Below, piece by piece: positions 30,523 to 41,358 of a stretch of DNA of 64,000 nucleotides. Location: assembly GCA_965249275.1 (NCBI GenBank), contig CBDFLQ010000007.1, positions 896,001-960,000 on the forward strand. Reading direction: 5' to 3'. How positions within the stretch are numbered: the first letter of the stretch is position 1; the number at the start of each line of letters is the position of its first letter. Made by a program: the position numbers and the translations under genes. The notes below the pieces were generated by a model. That model ran no database searches. It saw only the letters and a program-made list of their open reading frames with translations, and was not told the origin of the DNA. The DNA is from Dehalococcoidia bacterium. GTDB taxonomy: Bacteria > Chloroflexota > Dehalococcoidia > Plut-88900.

Positions 30523-31134
30523 AGCCACTTAGACTTTGGCGCCTCGCTGGCCCTTGGCCATGTCTCGATCGAGGATAAATGGAAGTTCACCCACATAATA
30601 GCGAGCAAGGACCGTCTCAACCCAAGGCGTCCTGTAAAAAGACTAGGCGGGTTGTGACGTTTGGTAATTCAGGGCCGCTATCGTCGACTTCATCCCGGTA
30701 TCCGGGCAAAGGGCGAAAACCCCTCGGGCGGCGTCTATGGCACAGGCGAACATCCCGAGAACTTGCATTTGGACCTCCTTTGCTTTTGTTCGCACCGGCA
30801 TCCTCGATGCGAGACTCGACCTGACTACCGAATGGAAATTGACGCGGCTTCTCCCCGGACCGGATGCGGGCATGGGGGGAGATGAGGGGGACTAGGTGTT
30901 TCTCTGGGAAGGGAACGGCGACCAGGCAGTTGGGGGATTTGGGGAACATCACCGCTGCTGTAGAGACCTGGGCCCCAGTTGCTCCTGGTGGAACAGGACA
31001 TAAGTAACCACCCGGGGTCCTGGGGGGAACCTGTCCTATGAACACTCGGGCGGATGCCGCAGGACGTGACGAGCCAGCCGGGGCACGGGGCGTACCTCGA
31101 CGGTTACTGATGTGTCCCTGCGGGGAGATCTTCG

Positions 31135-31202
31135 GGAGAGCGAGGCTCGATCCTTCAGGTCGGGACCCCTGGGAGGCTGTTCGGAGAGCGAGGCTCGATC
31201 CT
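31135..31202 (+). repeat. 20-bp direct repeat, two copies with 48-bp period
   Basis: GGAGAGCGAGGCTCGATCCT at 31135-31154 and 31183-31202. Confidence 0.8.
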
Positions 31203-31400
31203 ATGCAGCCTGTTCTGGATTTGGGGGACGGTAATCCTCCAGGTTTCTAGGGCGTGAAACGCTGGAAAAAGCCGGACGACAATTTCAGTATTGCCCAACC
31301 GAGGGGCTGGATGGAAGGGCCCCGGAGGGTATTTTGGAGGTGCCAGAGTCGATCACTTGCTCCATGGTCATATGCCAGCATCACCCCTCCACCGGATTCC

Positions 31401-32234
31401 CTATCTCCACCAGAGGCCTAGGGTCAGTGACCGCCGTACCCACCGCAGCAGTCTCCGCTTACGCAACGCCTTCCGGGTGTCGTGCAGGGCCGTGTGACGC
31501 CATCCCGTCTGGCCCCGGCGCCCGAACCCCCGCAGCGGCTGGGTTTCGGGAGGGAGGGTCAGCCCGTGCTCCTCCAGCATGGCCAGCTCCAGCACGAGCA
31601 GCCTCTTCTGGGTCACCAGCCACGAAAGGCTCCTTCCCCGGTGAGGATGCCCTGTCCGCAGGCGGCGCCACTCCTCCACCAGGGGCCACGCCGGGCCGTA
31701 GACCTCGGCATCGTCATCGACGGGCTCCTCGGTTACGATCTCGGGGTCCACCCGCCGTTCGGAGAAAGACTTCACCCGACCCAATCCCGGCACCGAGGAA
31801 CCGGTCTCCACTCGATGGCCCTCCCCCTCCTCCACATCACCCACCCCGCACTCCTCCCCGCTCCCTCGGTCGTCGGCGCCCCCGCCCTCGCCAACTGGTT
31901 CTAGGGCCTCCACCCTGTCCCGCAGCTCCCCCACCTCTCCCTCCAGCCGCTCGATGCGGTCCTCCAACGTCTCCTTCCCTGGGGCCTCAGCGCCCTCATT
32001 CTCCTCCAGCAGCTTATCCAAGGCCTGGGCCATGTGGTCCGTGATCCGGCCCGATTCCTCGGCCCTCACCACGGTCTTGTAGTTGACGCCCAGCAGCCTG
32101 GCCGCCCCCATGCGTCCCTTCTGTTTCACCAAGTCCCCCAGCAGGGCGCCTAGTCGTCGATGCCTCTCGCCATCTTCCAGGGCCTCTTCATTCTCATTCA
32201 CCGGCTTATCCGTCATAACCCGATCCTCCTTCAT
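31401..32234 (-). CDS. Hypothetical mobile-element protein with N-terminal HTH-like segment and coiled coil
   Basis: AARLLGVNYKTV HTH-like motif; LEDRIERLEGEVGELRDRVEALE heptads. Confidence 0.65.
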   Translation of the reverse strand: MKEDRVMTDKPVNENEEALEDGERHRRLGALLGDLVKQKGRMGAARLLGVNYKTVVRAEESGRITDHMAQALDKLLEENEGAEAPGKETLEDRIERLEGEVGELRDRVEALEPVGEGGGADDRGSGEECGVGDVEEGEGHRVETGSSVPGLGRVKSFSERRVDPEIVTEEPVDDDAEVYGPAWPLVEEWRRLRTGHPHRGRSLSWLVTQKRLLVLELAMLEEHGLTLPPETQPLRGFGRRGQTGWRHTALHDTRKALRKRRLLRWVRRSLTLGLWWR

Positions 32235-32697
32235 TGACGTCCTGTAGGGGGCCTTCCGGCAGGGTTCTTGGCTCCCCTGTCACCGCTTCGCTTGCTCGCC
32301 TGCATGCACCCAATCCCGCTTCGCATCACAAAACCGGGTTCCCACACGGGAACTTTTGACCCAAAACCGTGGAACAGACCCGCACCAAAAACCGCTTGCT
32401 GCGTTGCCCCGGAGTTCCCTTTATTTCGCCGTTTTCAGCCACGGAAAGACCCGTTTCTTCCCTTGCGGGAACTCAATCAAATCCCTGTACACCCCAATGA
32501 CATCACAGAACGCCCATTTGAGGTCAGGGCCCGTGGGGCGGGCTCGTCCGAAGGCCCCCCTCACGGACCATTCCTTAACGAGGCCTGAGTTCCCAGACTC
32601 GACGGTACACATTCGACCCCTTCGACGATGAGGAGACGACGGTTTGTCACCCCGGTCAAAACTGAAGTGCTTTGGACAGTTAGCGGCCCTGACGGGG

Positions 32698-33237
32698 ATG
32701 CTGATGGCAGCAACCATCCTCGTGATCGCCGCAATCGCCCCCGCCCTGGCCCAGGACACGGGCCTCACCCTGGTTAACGCCGACCGGGACCTGGTTGAGA
32801 GAAAGAAGGACGGGAGGTTCATAGCCCGCCCAGTCTTCAGCCGGGAACTGGATGCTCTCTATTACGCAATCCGCGACGCCGACAACGGAGACTGGGTGAC
32901 CCTGATGTACAGGGTGCAGGGCGGCGAGAAGAAGCTGAAGGACGGCTGGGAGTATTCCTGGGAGTACCCGGCCCTGTCCGAGCAGCCCGACCTGGACCCC
33001 GGGAAGGCCTACCTGCTGGTGATCGGCGTGCCCGCCGACGCCCAGGGCGGCCCCTACGTCTTCCACGCCCTTGTACCCGTGTACCAGCCCAGCGGGATTT
33101 TCGACCGGATCCTGGCGGCCCTGAACCCCGCCAGGTGGGCAAAGGCCTTCGCCCGCTGGATGATAGAGGGCGTTCACGGCGGCCTGTGCGGCGTCGTGGA
33201 GCGGGCCACGAGAACCGACATCGACAACTGCGACTAA
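32698..33237 (+). CDS. Hypothetical secreted protein (element backbone; start uncertain)
   Basis: Hydrophobic signal ending ALA-Q, GC3-rich codons, directly upstream of a TrbL-like fragment. Confidence 0.6.
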   Translation: MLMAATILVIAAIAPALAQDTGLTLVNADRDLVERKKDGRFIARPVFSRELDALYYAIRDADNGDWVTLMYRVQGGEKKLKDGWEYSWEYPALSEQPDLDPGKAYLLVIGVPADAQGGPYVFHALVPVYQPSGIFDRILAALNPARWAKAFARWMIEGVHGGLCGVVERATRTDIDNCD

Positions 33238-33249
33238 GGACTCTATGCC

Positions 33250-34023
33250 ATGAACGACATCCTCACCGGAACTCCCCCCGAGCTGACCTGCCTGCACCCT
33301 ATGGTGCGGGAGGCCTGGATGGTTGTATGGGGCATCGCATCGGGGGCGTTGATAGTCATCCTGGGATGGATGGGCCTGAGCCTCATCATGCAGAACCTCC
33401 TGGGCCATACCAGCACCAGGCGGGAGACGGTCCCCCGCCTGGTGCTGGGCCTTGTCGCCGCCGCCGCTTTGATGCAGCCCAGGTTCTTCGCCCTCTTCGC
33501 CGAGACCACGGGCCTGGACGTGATGGCCCTGCAGCGCACCTATGGCCGCGCTTACTCCTCCCTGACCATCAGGCTGGCCGAGGTGATGCGTCACCAGCCC
33601 CTCCTGGCGGTACTCTACGAACGCCGGGGCGGGAACGACCCGCACATGTGGGCTGAACGCCCTTCGCCGGAGGAATTCACGGGCACCGTCGTGGCGAGGA
33701 CGCCCGGGTTCAGGTTGAGAACAGTCAAGAGGCCCCTATCGACCCTCCGAGGGATGCTGCCCCGTCGCGGCTATCCACCTGCCCAGTACTCGGTGGCGGA
33801 GCGGGTCATTCTCACGGGCGAACCCGTATACGTGGAACGGGTCACCGGCTACGACCTGTGGAATGCTGACGACATCACCGTGGCCGCCCGACTGGTGAAC
33901 TGGCATGGTCGCCTGGCCAAGATCGCCGTCGTAGCCGTGCCCTACAGGGACCGAAAGGTCCTGGCTCCGCAGCTCAGCCGTGTTTCCTTCGAGCATATCT
34001 CCCATGCTCACCAGGTTATCTAG
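33250..34023 (+). pseudogene. Probable chimeric ORF: TrbL/VirB6-like N-terminus joined to an unrelated (ImmA/IrrE-like) C-terminus
   Basis: TPPELT..P.V..AW...hydrophobic helices end at LVAAAA; the sequence then switches to soluble ALMQP..F.......D...L....Y. Confidence 0.45.
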
Positions 34024-34249
34024 CCGTGACATCCTCCAAAGCAACACGGAAGGTTCTACCGGTTCAGCACCCCGCCCCTAAAGGATTGCCTGTTACGCCG
34101 ACACAAGGAGCACTCAACGGGTGTGGCTTGGCTGTCCAGCCTTCCAGCCCTTGGGTGACCACCGAGTGACGGGACCCGGATGCACGACGACCTTCTGGAA
34201 AACCGACACTTCCCTGACACCAATTGATTTACATGAAGAGGTGATGACA

Positions 34250-34465
34250 ATGCAAGACAGACTATTGAGACGTCGACAGGTCGAGGAGATCACGGGCATG
34301 AGCCGCTCGACGATCTACAAGATGATGCAGAACGGTGAGTTCCCCAGGCCCGTAAGAATCGGCCCCGCAGCTGTCAGGTGGAGGTCCAGCGACATCACGG
34401 CCTGGGTGGAATCGCAGCCAGTGGCCAGGGGAGAATTCGACGCGCCCAGCGCCGCCTATTTGTAG
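34250..34465 (+). CDS. AlpA-family regulator/excisionase
   Basis: LLRRRQVEEITGMSRSTIY..M..G.FP.P..IG...V.W; SD GAGGTG; convergent with the integrase. Confidence 0.92.
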   Translation: MQDRLLRRRQVEEITGMSRSTIYKMMQNGEFPRPVRIGPAAVRWRSSDITAWVESQPVARGEFDAPSAAYL

Positions 34466-34468
34466 TGT

Positions 34469-35665
34469 TTACGACTGGAGCACCAGCTGGGAGTGGCCGT
34501 TCCGGCTCCGGTAAGAGTTGCCGCCCAGGTAGTCCGCCCACTGCTGCATGAGTGTACGGCGTCGCTCGAAGAGATCGGACCTCGCATAAGCCTGCTCCGT
34601 GGCATTGCCCAGGCTGTGGGCAAGGGCAGCCTCCGAGACTACCCAGGGGGTGTCCGTCTGCTCCAGTGTCCAGTTCTTGAAGCTGCTGCGGAACCCGTGG
34701 ACGGTGGCATGCTCCGCAAGGCCGACGGAACGGAGGACCTTGGTCAGTGTCATGTCGGACATCGGAGCCCCCTGTTTCAGCGGTGATGGGAACACCAAGC
34801 CTGAGTCCTCATGCAGGACAAATGCTTCGCCAAGAACTTCGACGGCCTGGTCACTAAGCGGCACCCGGTGTTCCACGCCCGCTTTCATCCGCCCAGAGGG
34901 AATCCTCCACAGCCGACCATCGAGGTCGATCTCGCCCCACGCAGCGCCCCTGGCTTCACCGGAGCGCGATGCCGTGAGCACCAGGAGTCGGAAGCACAAC
35001 TTGGCGGACATTGAGGCATGGGACGCTGCAACCGTCTCGAGTGCCGACCCGACTTCCTGATAGGGAAGCGCCCTGAAGTGGGCCTTCACCTTTGGCATAG
35101 GAGGCAAGGCGCCGTCGATGGCTTCGCCCGCCGGATTGGACTCCATGAAGCCGTGCGACATAGCCCATCGGAACACGGTTCTCATACGTTGACGCACCCG
35201 ACGGGCCGTCTCCGGCCGGGTCGTCCATATCGGCGTGAGGACCTGAAGCACGTCTCCTCGGCCTATCCGATCCAAGGATGTGTTGTTCAAGGACGGCATA
35301 GCGTGACGTTCCAAAGTCTGAATCCAGCCTGCAGCGTGCCTGGGATTGCGCCAGCGGGGCTTGTTGGCCTCATGGACGGTATAGGCGGCTTCCCTGAAGG
35401 TCGGCATGGCAGGCGCGTGCTTTTCCGCCACGGGATCCCGACCCTCAGAAATGGCGGCCCTGTTATCCGTCGCCTTCTCGCGGGCTCGAGCTAAGCTTAC
35501 GGACGGATATCCGCCCAGGCCAATATCGCGTCGGCGTCCGTCTACAGTAATGCGCAAGACCCAAGACTTTCGTCCCGCTTTGCTGATGTACAGGTGCAGG
35601 CCTCCGCCATCGGAGTAACGTCCCGGTGCGTTCAGTGCCCTGACCCGTGTCGCTGAAAGTGTCAC
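34469..35665 (-). CDS. P4-like tyrosine integrase
   Basis: Arm domain YSDGGGL.L...G.KSW...LG.YP.VSLA.AR; catalytic R(SGE), HGFRSSF..W, LAH, AY. Confidence 0.95.
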   Translation of the reverse strand: MTLSATRVRALNAPGRYSDGGGLHLYISKAGRKSWVLRITVDGRRRDIGLGGYPSVSLARAREKATDNRAAISEGRDPVAEKHAPAMPTFREAAYTVHEANKPRWRNPRHAAGWIQTLERHAMPSLNNTSLDRIGRGDVLQVLTPIWTTRPETARRVRQRMRTVFRWAMSHGFMESNPAGEAIDGALPPMPKVKAHFRALPYQEVGSALETVAASHASMSAKLCFRLLVLTASRSGEARGAAWGEIDLDGRLWRIPSGRMKAGVEHRVPLSDQAVEVLGEAFVLHEDSGLVFPSPLKQGAPMSDMTLTKVLRSVGLAEHATVHGFRSSFKNWTLEQTDTPWVVSEAALAHSLGNATEQAYARSDLFERRRTLMQQWADYLGGNSYRSRNGHSQLVLQS

Positions 35666-35824
35666 AGATGTCCCCGTTCGTCACGAACTGTTCCCACAAA
35701 TATTACCACATTTGATGTGGGAACTCAAAGGATGCATGCGGCGTAACTAAGCACCAAAAGGGTGCCAATTAGCTACGAAGCAAGCGTGTAACAGGAAAAC
35801 TGGAGTTAAGGAAATAAGGGGTAG

Positions 35825-35915
<91 letters not shown>

Positions 35916-36029
35916 GTTAAGGAAAGCGCGGCGCAAGTTTACCGCAATGCCGACTATTGTAAAGAAGCCCGTCAACCGGGAGCGAGGTTACGGATTCGAG
36001 CCTACGTTCGGGTGTGCGAAACGGGCGCC

Positions 36030-37679
36030 CTAGCTATATACAGCCTCCATAACAGGCGCTGCCGATTCCTGGTCACCTTGAAGATCGGCGAGGACTGCCT
36101 GGCTGGTGTTCCGGCCCGGCACTCCAGTCACGAATCCTCCCGGCCAAACTCCACCACCCGTGAGATATAGCCCTTTCAGTGGTGTCCGGTAGTCATTGGC
36201 TAGTCTGTGGGGTCTCGGGCCGAACAGGTTGTGTGGCAGCATCTCCCCGTGGGTGATGTTGGAGCCTATGATTCCAAGCTCTGCCTCGCAGTCCACTGGG
36301 CTAAAGCTACAGTAGTCGATGATGTGGTCGGGCAGGTCGGGCATGTACCGGGACACGGTTTCTATGCACCGCTTGGCAAACTTGTCCTTCTCCTCGTCCC
36401 AACATCCCTCTGCAAGGTCGTAGGGCGCGTGCCAGATGTTCCAGCTCATTATGTGCTTCCCGGGAGGGGTCAGTTCTGGTGAAACCACGGATGGAATCAG
36501 ACCCCAGATTATCGGTGTTTCCGAGGGGTATCCTGCTATGGCCCCGACCGTCGACTCCTCTATGTGTTCCATCGAAGCGGCCACTCTGACCTGACAGGTA
36601 GAAGCCTGCTCCTGTGTGAGGTCATCGGGGAGGTTGGCATAGGTGGGAATTCCGTCCAGGGCCAAGGCCATCTTGAACGCCGCCCCGCGCATCGGGACCC
36701 GCTGCACTTCTTCACGCATCGTCGACCCGACAGCCTCATCGTCAAGCAGCTTACCGAACAGAGTCTTCGGGTTAATTGCTGATACGACGATAGGCGCCTT
36801 GTAGATCGCGCCATCTTCGCACTCGACTCCGCTGGTCCGGCCTCCGCTGTGAAGTATCCGGGCCACGCGTGTCTTCAGCTTGAGTGTGCCCCCGAAGCCC
36901 CGACACCGGGCCGTTATTGAGTCAATGATCGCGCCCATGCCCCCAATTGGGTGACCCGTAGACCCCCTCAAGGGCATCCGTCGGAAGTCGTCGCTGGGAA
37001 GGGAAGCTGCAGATGCCAAGGCCAAAGGACGAAGAATCAGGCCCGTCGCAGTACCGGGCGCGGACTGCGGAACCATTCCGGAGTTGGAGGCGAGCAGTCC
37101 GAGCAGTGTCCGGGCCTCGTTTGTCTTCAGGTGTCTATAGAGTATTTCGCTTAGGCTACCGTGAAAGACCTGCTCGAACGTGTCTTTGTCTTCTTCAGTG
37201 GTGAGGCCAGCGGCCATATAAGCCAGGCCGGGCGCAGGTTTGAATATCGATGTCCTGAGCCGGGTGGCGAAGTCCTCCAACTTGGCGACAAACCCTCGAT
37301 ATCGGTCTCCCTCGCCGGGGCGCAGTGCGTCCAGCTGAGCGCAGACGCGGGCCATGTCTCGCCATACTACAAAAGGATGTTCGGGGAAGAATTGAATAAC
37401 CGTTGGATCGGAGCGGAGGAATCGAAGGCCGGCGCCGGGCAGGTCCAATTCCTCAACAACCCTCGTCTCCAGAGAGCCGGGAGAGTTGGAAAAGCTGGCA
37501 GTGTAGCCGGGCATGAACTCGAAGCTGCCGCTGGGACCACCGAAGACCTCACGGGACTCGAGCACCAGGACTCGGAGGCCAGCCTTGCCCATATAGGCAG
37601 CGCAGACCAATCCGTTGTGTCCACCACCTACTACGATGGCGTCCCACTCACCCGTGCCATTTCCCCTATGGTTTGTCAT
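36030..37679 (-). CDS. Phytoene dehydrogenase-like FAD-dependent oxidoreductase
   Basis: DAIVVGGGHNGLVCAAY, GGMG, YRTP..GLYL.G....PGG.V.G.PG.N. Confidence 0.9.
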   Translation of the reverse strand: MTNHRGNGTGEWDAIVVGGGHNGLVCAAYMGKAGLRVLVLESREVFGGPSGSFEFMPGYTASFSNSPGSLETRVVEELDLPGAGLRFLRSDPTVIQFFPEHPFVVWRDMARVCAQLDALRPGEGDRYRGFVAKLEDFATRLRTSIFKPAPGLAYMAAGLTTEEDKDTFEQVFHGSLSEILYRHLKTNEARTLLGLLASNSGMVPQSAPGTATGLILRPLALASAASLPSDDFRRMPLRGSTGHPIGGMGAIIDSITARCRGFGGTLKLKTRVARILHSGGRTSGVECEDGAIYKAPIVVSAINPKTLFGKLLDDEAVGSTMREEVQRVPMRGAAFKMALALDGIPTYANLPDDLTQEQASTCQVRVAASMEHIEESTVGAIAGYPSETPIIWGLIPSVVSPELTPPGKHIMSWNIWHAPYDLAEGCWDEEKDKFAKRCIETVSRYMPDLPDHIIDYCSFSPVDCEAELGIIGSNITHGEMLPHNLFGPRPHRLANDYRTPLKGLYLTGGGVWPGGFVTGVPGRNTSQAVLADLQGDQESAAPVMEAVYS

Positions 37680-37721
37680 CCGCCCTCCAACACCCCTATT
37701 CCCTCTAGCCTGGGATTCCGC

Positions 37722-38852
37722 TTATATCCCGTATATCCTGGCCGTATTCCCGCCGACCAACTTGGCCCTCTCCTCTTCAGTGCAGTCCGCCAAAGTAGTT
37801 TCGATGAACTCTCGGGACTTGGGCCACGTTCCTTCAGAGTGAGGATAGTCGGAGCCCCAGAGGATGTTGTCGACTCCGATGATGTCCCGGTTCTGGATGC
37901 CGAGCGCATCCTCCTGGAAGTCCGCAAAGCAGTTGGTGTGGAACACATCGCTGGGCAGAAGGTCGCCGGGAATGCGATATCCGTCACGGCCGGCGGGCCT
38001 ATCGTTGTAGCTGAAGTCCATACGTTCCAGCCAATACGGTATCCAGCTTAGCTCGTGTTCGGCTACGCCTATCTTCAGTTTCGGGAACCGTTCAAATACG
38101 CCGCCAAGAATGACCTCGGTTAGGGAGACTCGAACCCAGAAGTCTGCGTTATGAAGAAGGAAGTTGGCAAAGTCGAAGGGGTCGAGCAGGTCCCTGTCCC
38201 AGCCTCGCCCCGCCTGAACCCTGGCAGTCGAGATGTGGAAGGTGAGTGGGATACCCAGGTCCTGGGCACACTCCCAGAGTGGGTCATAGTCACGGGAGCG
38301 ATAGCTTTTTGCGGCCATGTATTCGGGGATCGTTGCTCCGACAAATCCCTTCTTGACACATCGCTTGATCTCCTCGACTCCGTCCTCTACGTCATCTATG
38401 TTGATGACCGCCACACCCTTCAACCGGCGCGGGTTAGCCTGACAAAACTCCGCCGCAAAGTCGTTGTAGGACCTATCAATGGCCGTCAGCAGGTTGCTGT
38501 CCTCCACGAAGGGGTAGAGGAAAATGGTGAGGCTCGGGTAGACCAGACCCACGTCCAACCCGTCTATATCCATGTCCTTGACCGCTTCCTCCCCGATGTA
38601 CGCACCCGGTCTCACATCATCCCACTCCTCTACCTGGTTTAGTTCACCGCCGTCTTCCAGCCTGACCCCCGGCTGGGCGCCCATTGCAAATATGTTGAAG
38701 TGGGTCATGCCGTCTATGACCCAAAAGGGCCCGTCCGGCGTGTTATGTACAGCCGGCCCCCGCTCCTTCAAGTCGGCAGGAAGCCTTTCTGTCCAAAGGT
38801 CGGGGGGCTCCACGATGTGGTTGTCTGATGAAATAATTCTGTAGTCACTCAC
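37722..38852 (-). CDS. Amidohydrolase_2 family protein
   Basis: ISSDNHIVEPPDLW, GVFERFPKL, WGSDYPHSEGTWP. Confidence 0.93.
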   Translation of the reverse strand: MSDYRIISSDNHIVEPPDLWTERLPADLKERGPAVHNTPDGPFWVIDGMTHFNIFAMGAQPGVRLEDGGELNQVEEWDDVRPGAYIGEEAVKDMDIDGLDVGLVYPSLTIFLYPFVEDSNLLTAIDRSYNDFAAEFCQANPRRLKGVAVINIDDVEDGVEEIKRCVKKGFVGATIPEYMAAKSYRSRDYDPLWECAQDLGIPLTFHISTARVQAGRGWDRDLLDPFDFANFLLHNADFWVRVSLTEVILGGVFERFPKLKIGVAEHELSWIPYWLERMDFSYNDRPAGRDGYRIPGDLLPSDVFHTNCFADFQEDALGIQNRDIIGVDNILWGSDYPHSEGTWPKSREFIETTLADCTEEERAKLVGGNTARIYGI

Positions 38853-38920
38853 TGCTTTGCCTCCTCCATAGTGTCGGCCTGCCTTAGGGCGGAGCGGGCT
38901 CTTCTATTCCAGTCCAAGCT

Positions 38921-39847
38921 TCAGGAAGACGAGGACGCGGGTTCAGCCCCGTTATTGGGGTCAGAAGCCTTGGTTATCTTTACCTTGCGTATTCGTCTTC
39001 CAGTAGTGGTAAGCACCGAGACCAGGAACCCATCCTCACGTATCTCGTCTCCGGGGATCGGTATCTTGCCCAGGCGGTCAAAGATGAATCCCCCCACCGT
39101 GTCGAAGTCCTCTCCTTGGATATCCAAAGACAGGGCTTCGTTCAGGTCATCTATGCTGACAGCGGCGTCCATTATAACTTCGCTGGGACTTACAGTCTCA
39201 ATCTGCGGTGCGCCGATATCGAACTCGTCCTCTATCTCACCCACGATCTCTTCCATCAGGTCTTCCAGGCTCACCAGCCCCGCTACTCCCCCGTATTCGT
39301 CAACCACAATGGCCATGTGGACACGCTTCTTCCTGAACTCCTGGAGAAGCTCGTCGACCCGTTTCGTCTCAGGGATGAAGTGGGGAGACCGGGCTATCTG
39401 TGTAAGGCTCAGTCCATCTCCAGCCTGCCCCCAGTAGCGCAGCACATCCTTGGCATACACAACCCCGACTACGTTGTCGATGGTGTTTTCATATATCGGG
39501 ATACGGCTCACACCCGCGTCTATCACCGTTCGTACCAACTCGGTAATGGAGGACGTTGCATCAAGCGCAACGATGTCAATGCGGGGGACCATAATCTCCC
39601 TGGCGAGGGTCTTGTCCAACTCCAGGATTGACCGGACCATCTGGGTCTCATCTTCCTCCAGGCTCTGGGCTTGGCCCTCCTCATCTACGAAGGTCGGAGC
39701 GGCATCCTCTCTCGATCTTCGAGACCGTCCGAAAAGGGACAGGAGCCAGCCCCAGAACCCGCCCTTAGACCCGTTGCCCGGTCTAGAGCGGCCGTTGCCC
39801 ACCTTCCTTTGCGCCTGTCCAGCCTCTTGCTGCGTCTCTTCTATCAT
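38921..39847 (-). CDS. CBS-pair/CorC-HlyC (hemolysin-family) protein
   Basis: REIMVPR, SRIPIY....D..VG, HMAIVVDEYGG.AGLV.LED..EEIVGEI.DE.D, DT.GG. Confidence 0.92.
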   Translation of the reverse strand: MIEETQQEAGQAQRKVGNGRSRPGNGSKGGFWGWLLSLFGRSRRSREDAAPTFVDEEGQAQSLEEDETQMVRSILELDKTLAREIMVPRIDIVALDATSSITELVRTVIDAGVSRIPIYENTIDNVVGVVYAKDVLRYWGQAGDGLSLTQIARSPHFIPETKRVDELLQEFRKKRVHMAIVVDEYGGVAGLVSLEDLMEEIVGEIEDEFDIGAPQIETVSPSEVIMDAAVSIDDLNEALSLDIQGEDFDTVGGFIFDRLGKIPIPGDEIREDGFLVSVLTTTGRRIRKVKITKASDPNNGAEPASSSS

Positions 39848-39862
39848 CTTTCTCCGTTCAGC

Positions 39863-41215
39863 CTAGCAGCCTTCTGTTCCCGGCTTTTCTCGCGCCGGAA
39901 CACCGAACGCAAACGCGCCCTCCGGCAGGTCCTTAGTCACCACGGACCCGGCACCAGTGACGGCTCGGGCCCCGATATGTACCGGGGCCACCAGCATAGA
40001 GTCCGACCCTATGAACGCCCCGTCTCCGATTACAGTCCGATGCTTTTCCGAACCATCGTAGTTGCAGGTAACAGTCCCTGCCCCGATGTTAACGCCTGCC
40101 CCAATTTCGGCGTCACCCAGGTAGCTGAAGTGCCCTACCTTAGTTCCCCGTCCCACGGTTGTCTTCTTCACCTCCACGTAGTTCCCGATGTGCACGTCCT
40201 CGTCCAGTCGGGTCCCGGGACGCAGATGGCAATACGGTCCTACCTGCACACGATGCGCAAGAGCACTGCCTTCAATTACTGATCCTTGAATACGGCATTC
40301 GTCTCCAATGACAGAGCCTTTTATTATTGCGTTGGGTCCTATGTCGCAGCCTTCGCCTATGCGGGTTTTGCCCTGGACGATGACCCCCGGTTGCAGAACG
40401 GTGTCCATGCCCACCTGCACCGTGGCGTCAACGAAGGTGCTTGGCGGGTTGATGAGGGTGACTCCACCCGTCATAAGATGTTGCCGGGTTCTCTCAAAGA
40501 CAACAGCAGTGACTCGCGCTAAGTCTGCGCGATCATTGACGCCCAATGCTTCGTAAGAATTAGTCGGTGCAACACTTTCCACGGGAAAGCCGTTGCGGGA
40601 AGCGCTATCAACCAGGGTGGTTATGTAGTATTCCCCGTTAGGTGCAGGTTGAAGACCTCGAAGAGCGGGCCAGACCCAGTCGGAGCGGAGGCAATAGGCC
40701 CCACAGCAGACCTCGTTCGAGGCTAAGGTTTCGGGCCCCGCGTCCCGCCACTCGACCACTCCCATAATTTCTTCATGCGCTCCTCGGACGACCCTGCCCA
40801 TCCGCCCAGGGTCTTCTACTTCGCAAGTAAGAAGGGTGAGCACAGCCTCGGTGCCCAGGTGCCGGTCCATCATGAGGTTTAGGGTATCGCTGCTGATGAG
40901 CGGCATGTCGCCGTTTAACACCAGCACATGGTCGGCGCGACCCTCCAGCAGGGCCTCGGTTTGGAGCAATGCATGACCCGTGCCCAGTCTCTCCCGTTGT
41001 ACGACATCTTTAGCACCGTTAGAAGACTCCCCACAGTTAACCGGGAATTCCGGCCCGACTACGGTTACTGTCAAACCAACCGGCGTCTCCGACACTGCAT
41101 GCCGGACCCAAGAGAGCATCTCCCTGCCCGCTATCCGGTGCAGAGGTTTGGGGGTGCGGCTCTTCATCCTGGAGCCTTTACCCGCTGCTAAAATTACCCC
41201 TGCCCATGTTGCCAT
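39863..41215 (-). CDS. glmU: Bifunctional UDP-GlcNAc pyrophosphorylase/glucosamine-1-phosphate acetyltransferase
   Basis: ILAAGKGSRMKS..PK.LH, LGTGHA, GEYY.T, hexapeptide repeats, GNYVEVK, H.SYLGDA, NYDG..K. Confidence 0.97.
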   Translation of the reverse strand: MATWAGVILAAGKGSRMKSRTPKPLHRIAGREMLSWVRHAVSETPVGLTVTVVGPEFPVNCGESSNGAKDVVQRERLGTGHALLQTEALLEGRADHVLVLNGDMPLISSDTLNLMMDRHLGTEAVLTLLTCEVEDPGRMGRVVRGAHEEIMGVVEWRDAGPETLASNEVCCGAYCLRSDWVWPALRGLQPAPNGEYYITTLVDSASRNGFPVESVAPTNSYEALGVNDRADLARVTAVVFERTRQHLMTGGVTLINPPSTFVDATVQVGMDTVLQPGVIVQGKTRIGEGCDIGPNAIIKGSVIGDECRIQGSVIEGSALAHRVQVGPYCHLRPGTRLDEDVHIGNYVEVKKTTVGRGTKVGHFSYLGDAEIGAGVNIGAGTVTCNYDGSEKHRTVIGDGAFIGSDSMLVAPVHIGARAVTGAGSVVTKDLPEGAFAFGVPAREKPGTEGC

Positions 41216-41358
41216 TTTTGTATAAAATAAGCCCTCTCTCTTCCACGCCGAACGCGCGAGGGAGGAGAAAGGACTGCTAGTCCAAGTATGTGGTTATTCG
41301 GGCTGTCGACCTACTATGTGGAGGGTCGTCGAGCTCAATCATCTCAATCTCTGAGCAA

